From: Planctomycetota bacterium
GTDB lineage: Bacteria; Planctomycetota; UBA1135; GCA-002686595
Direction: 5' to 3'
Length of the DNA stretch: 55,634 nt
Assembly: GCA_038318285.1 (NCBI GenBank)
Contig: JBBQCC010000001.1
Coordinates: 1 to 55,634, forward strand
Made by a program: the position numbers and the translations under genes. Positions 54,892-55,634 of the stretch are shown here, in pieces (the stretch's first letter is position 1; each line of letters starts with the position of its first letter). The notes beneath the pieces were generated by a model, which saw only the letters and a program-made list of their open reading frames with translations, had not been told where the DNA came from and searched no databases.

Positions 54892-55554
54892 ATGCTCAAG
54901 TCCCTGATCGGCGCGACGGTGCTCGCGTACCTTTCTTCCTGCGTCGTCCACGTCCACGTGCACGAGGCTCCGCGCGAAACGGTGATCGCCGCGGCCGAGC
55001 CAGTGCACGAGTCGCACACGACGACCCACGCAGCGGCGCACGAGTCCCGACGGAGCTCGCCGGTGGTCCGCGGCACTGTTGTCGACACGTCAGGCGAACC
55101 GGTTCGAGCGCGAGTCGCGATCGTCGGCCCGAACGGGTCGATGTCCATGACCTCGGACGATGCGGGGCGGTTCTCGATCGAATCGCCCATGTCCGACGAT
55201 CTCGTCGTGCACGCCAGCACGGAGGACGGCCGAGTCGCGGTCCAGTCGGTGCACGGCGCCGGAGACGTGCGGCTCGTTGTGATGCCCGGCGGCACGATCA
55301 CGATCGACTTCACTGGCGAACAGAACATGCGTTGCGCCGTGTTCCAGGGCGACGTGCGCCTGGAGGACTTCACGCTGCGCGCGAAGTTGGACCGGACGCA
55401 GGTCATCGTGCCGGCGGGCGACATCCGCCTGCAGGTCTACGGAGGCGGGACGAGTCCTCACGGTGGTCCCGGCTACACCCAGGACCAGCACGTCACGATC
55501 GCCGTGGGCGAGTCGAAGGACGTGAAGTTCTCCATCAGCACGCTGGCGTTCTGA
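54892..55554 (+). CDS. Hypothetical lipoprotein with carboxypeptidase-regulatory-like beta-sandwich
   Basis: The ATG at 54892 is preceded by GGAGG. It has a lipobox-like LSSC, a His-rich linker, and VRGTVVDTSGEPVRARVAIVGPNG typical of CarboxypepD_reg-like domains. The product is 220 aa. Confidence 0.62.
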   Translation: MLKSLIGATVLAYLSSCVVHVHVHEAPRETVIAAAEPVHESHTTTHAAAHESRRSSPVVRGTVVDTSGEPVRARVAIVGPNGSMSMTSDDAGRFSIESPMSDDLVVHASTEDGRVAVQSVHGAGDVRLVVMPGGTITIDFTGEQNMRCAVFQGDVRLEDFTLRAKLDRTQVIVPAGDIRLQVYGGGTSPHGGPGYTQDQHVTIAVGESKDVKFSISTLAF

Positions 55555-55557
55555 CCG

Positions 55558-55634
55558 CGCGTACGGAGCCCGCGTACGGAGCCAGGTGAAATCGTCCGGG
55601 GTTTCCGCGCCGCAGCGACCTGCAACGCGGAAAC
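55558..55634. repeat. 13-bp perfect tandem duplication followed by a 9-bp-stem hairpin at the window edge
   Basis: CGCGTACGGAGCC occurs at 55558-55570 and again at 55571-55583. GTTTCCGCG (55601-55609) pairs with CGCGGAAAC (55626-55634). The feature is truncated by the window end. Confidence 0.6.

Overview
This is a 55.6-kb, very G+C-rich (roughly 70% by eye) bacterial chromosomal window. It is densely packed with about 42 protein-coding genes on both strands. I recognised no rRNA, tRNA, CRISPR array, transposase or integrase. All calls rest on motif and architecture recognition in the supplied six-frame translations. No searches were run, and start codons are often uncertain because high G+C produces long spurious ORF extensions and antisense ORFs. 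A PVC-type heme-binding dehydrogenase-like lipoprotein, two ECF sigma / Ser-Thr-kinase-TPR pairs and many secreted beta-helix/repeat proteins suggest a Planctomycetota/PVC-like or similar environmental diderm (tentative). The main blocks are listed below. (1) 7.1-18.8 kb: a short-chain acyl-CoA cluster with thiolase, 3-hydroxybutyryl-CoA dehydrogenase, two acyl-CoA dehydrogenases, MeaB-type G-protein and a split B12-dependent acyl-CoA mutase. The mutase active-site residues are of the isobutyryl-CoA-mutase type rather than the methylmalonyl-CoA-mutase type. (2) 20.9-24.7 kb and 28.9-32.4 kb: two ECF sigma / STK-TPR signalling modules. (3) 34.9-44.1 kb, the most interesting part: a tightly coupled five-gene minus-strand operon. 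It encodes a membrane 2x[4Fe-4S]/FAD-NAD(P)/di-heme-b-like fusion protein, a 26-CxxCH multiheme cytochrome, an outer-membrane beta-barrel, a 17-CxxCH lipoprotein cytochrome and an anchored accessory protein. I read this as a candidate quinone-independent cytoplasm-to-cell-surface electron conduit. (4) 44.4-53.4 kb: secreted or degradative proteins (NIDO-like, GH38-like, M64 peptidase) and two methyltransferases, followed by ispH. Non-coding structure includes a palindromic repeat family present at two intergenic sites, a 5 x 15-bp tandem repeat in a 5' leader, a 2 x 36-bp repeat in a divergent promoter, and several GC-rich terminator-like hairpins.
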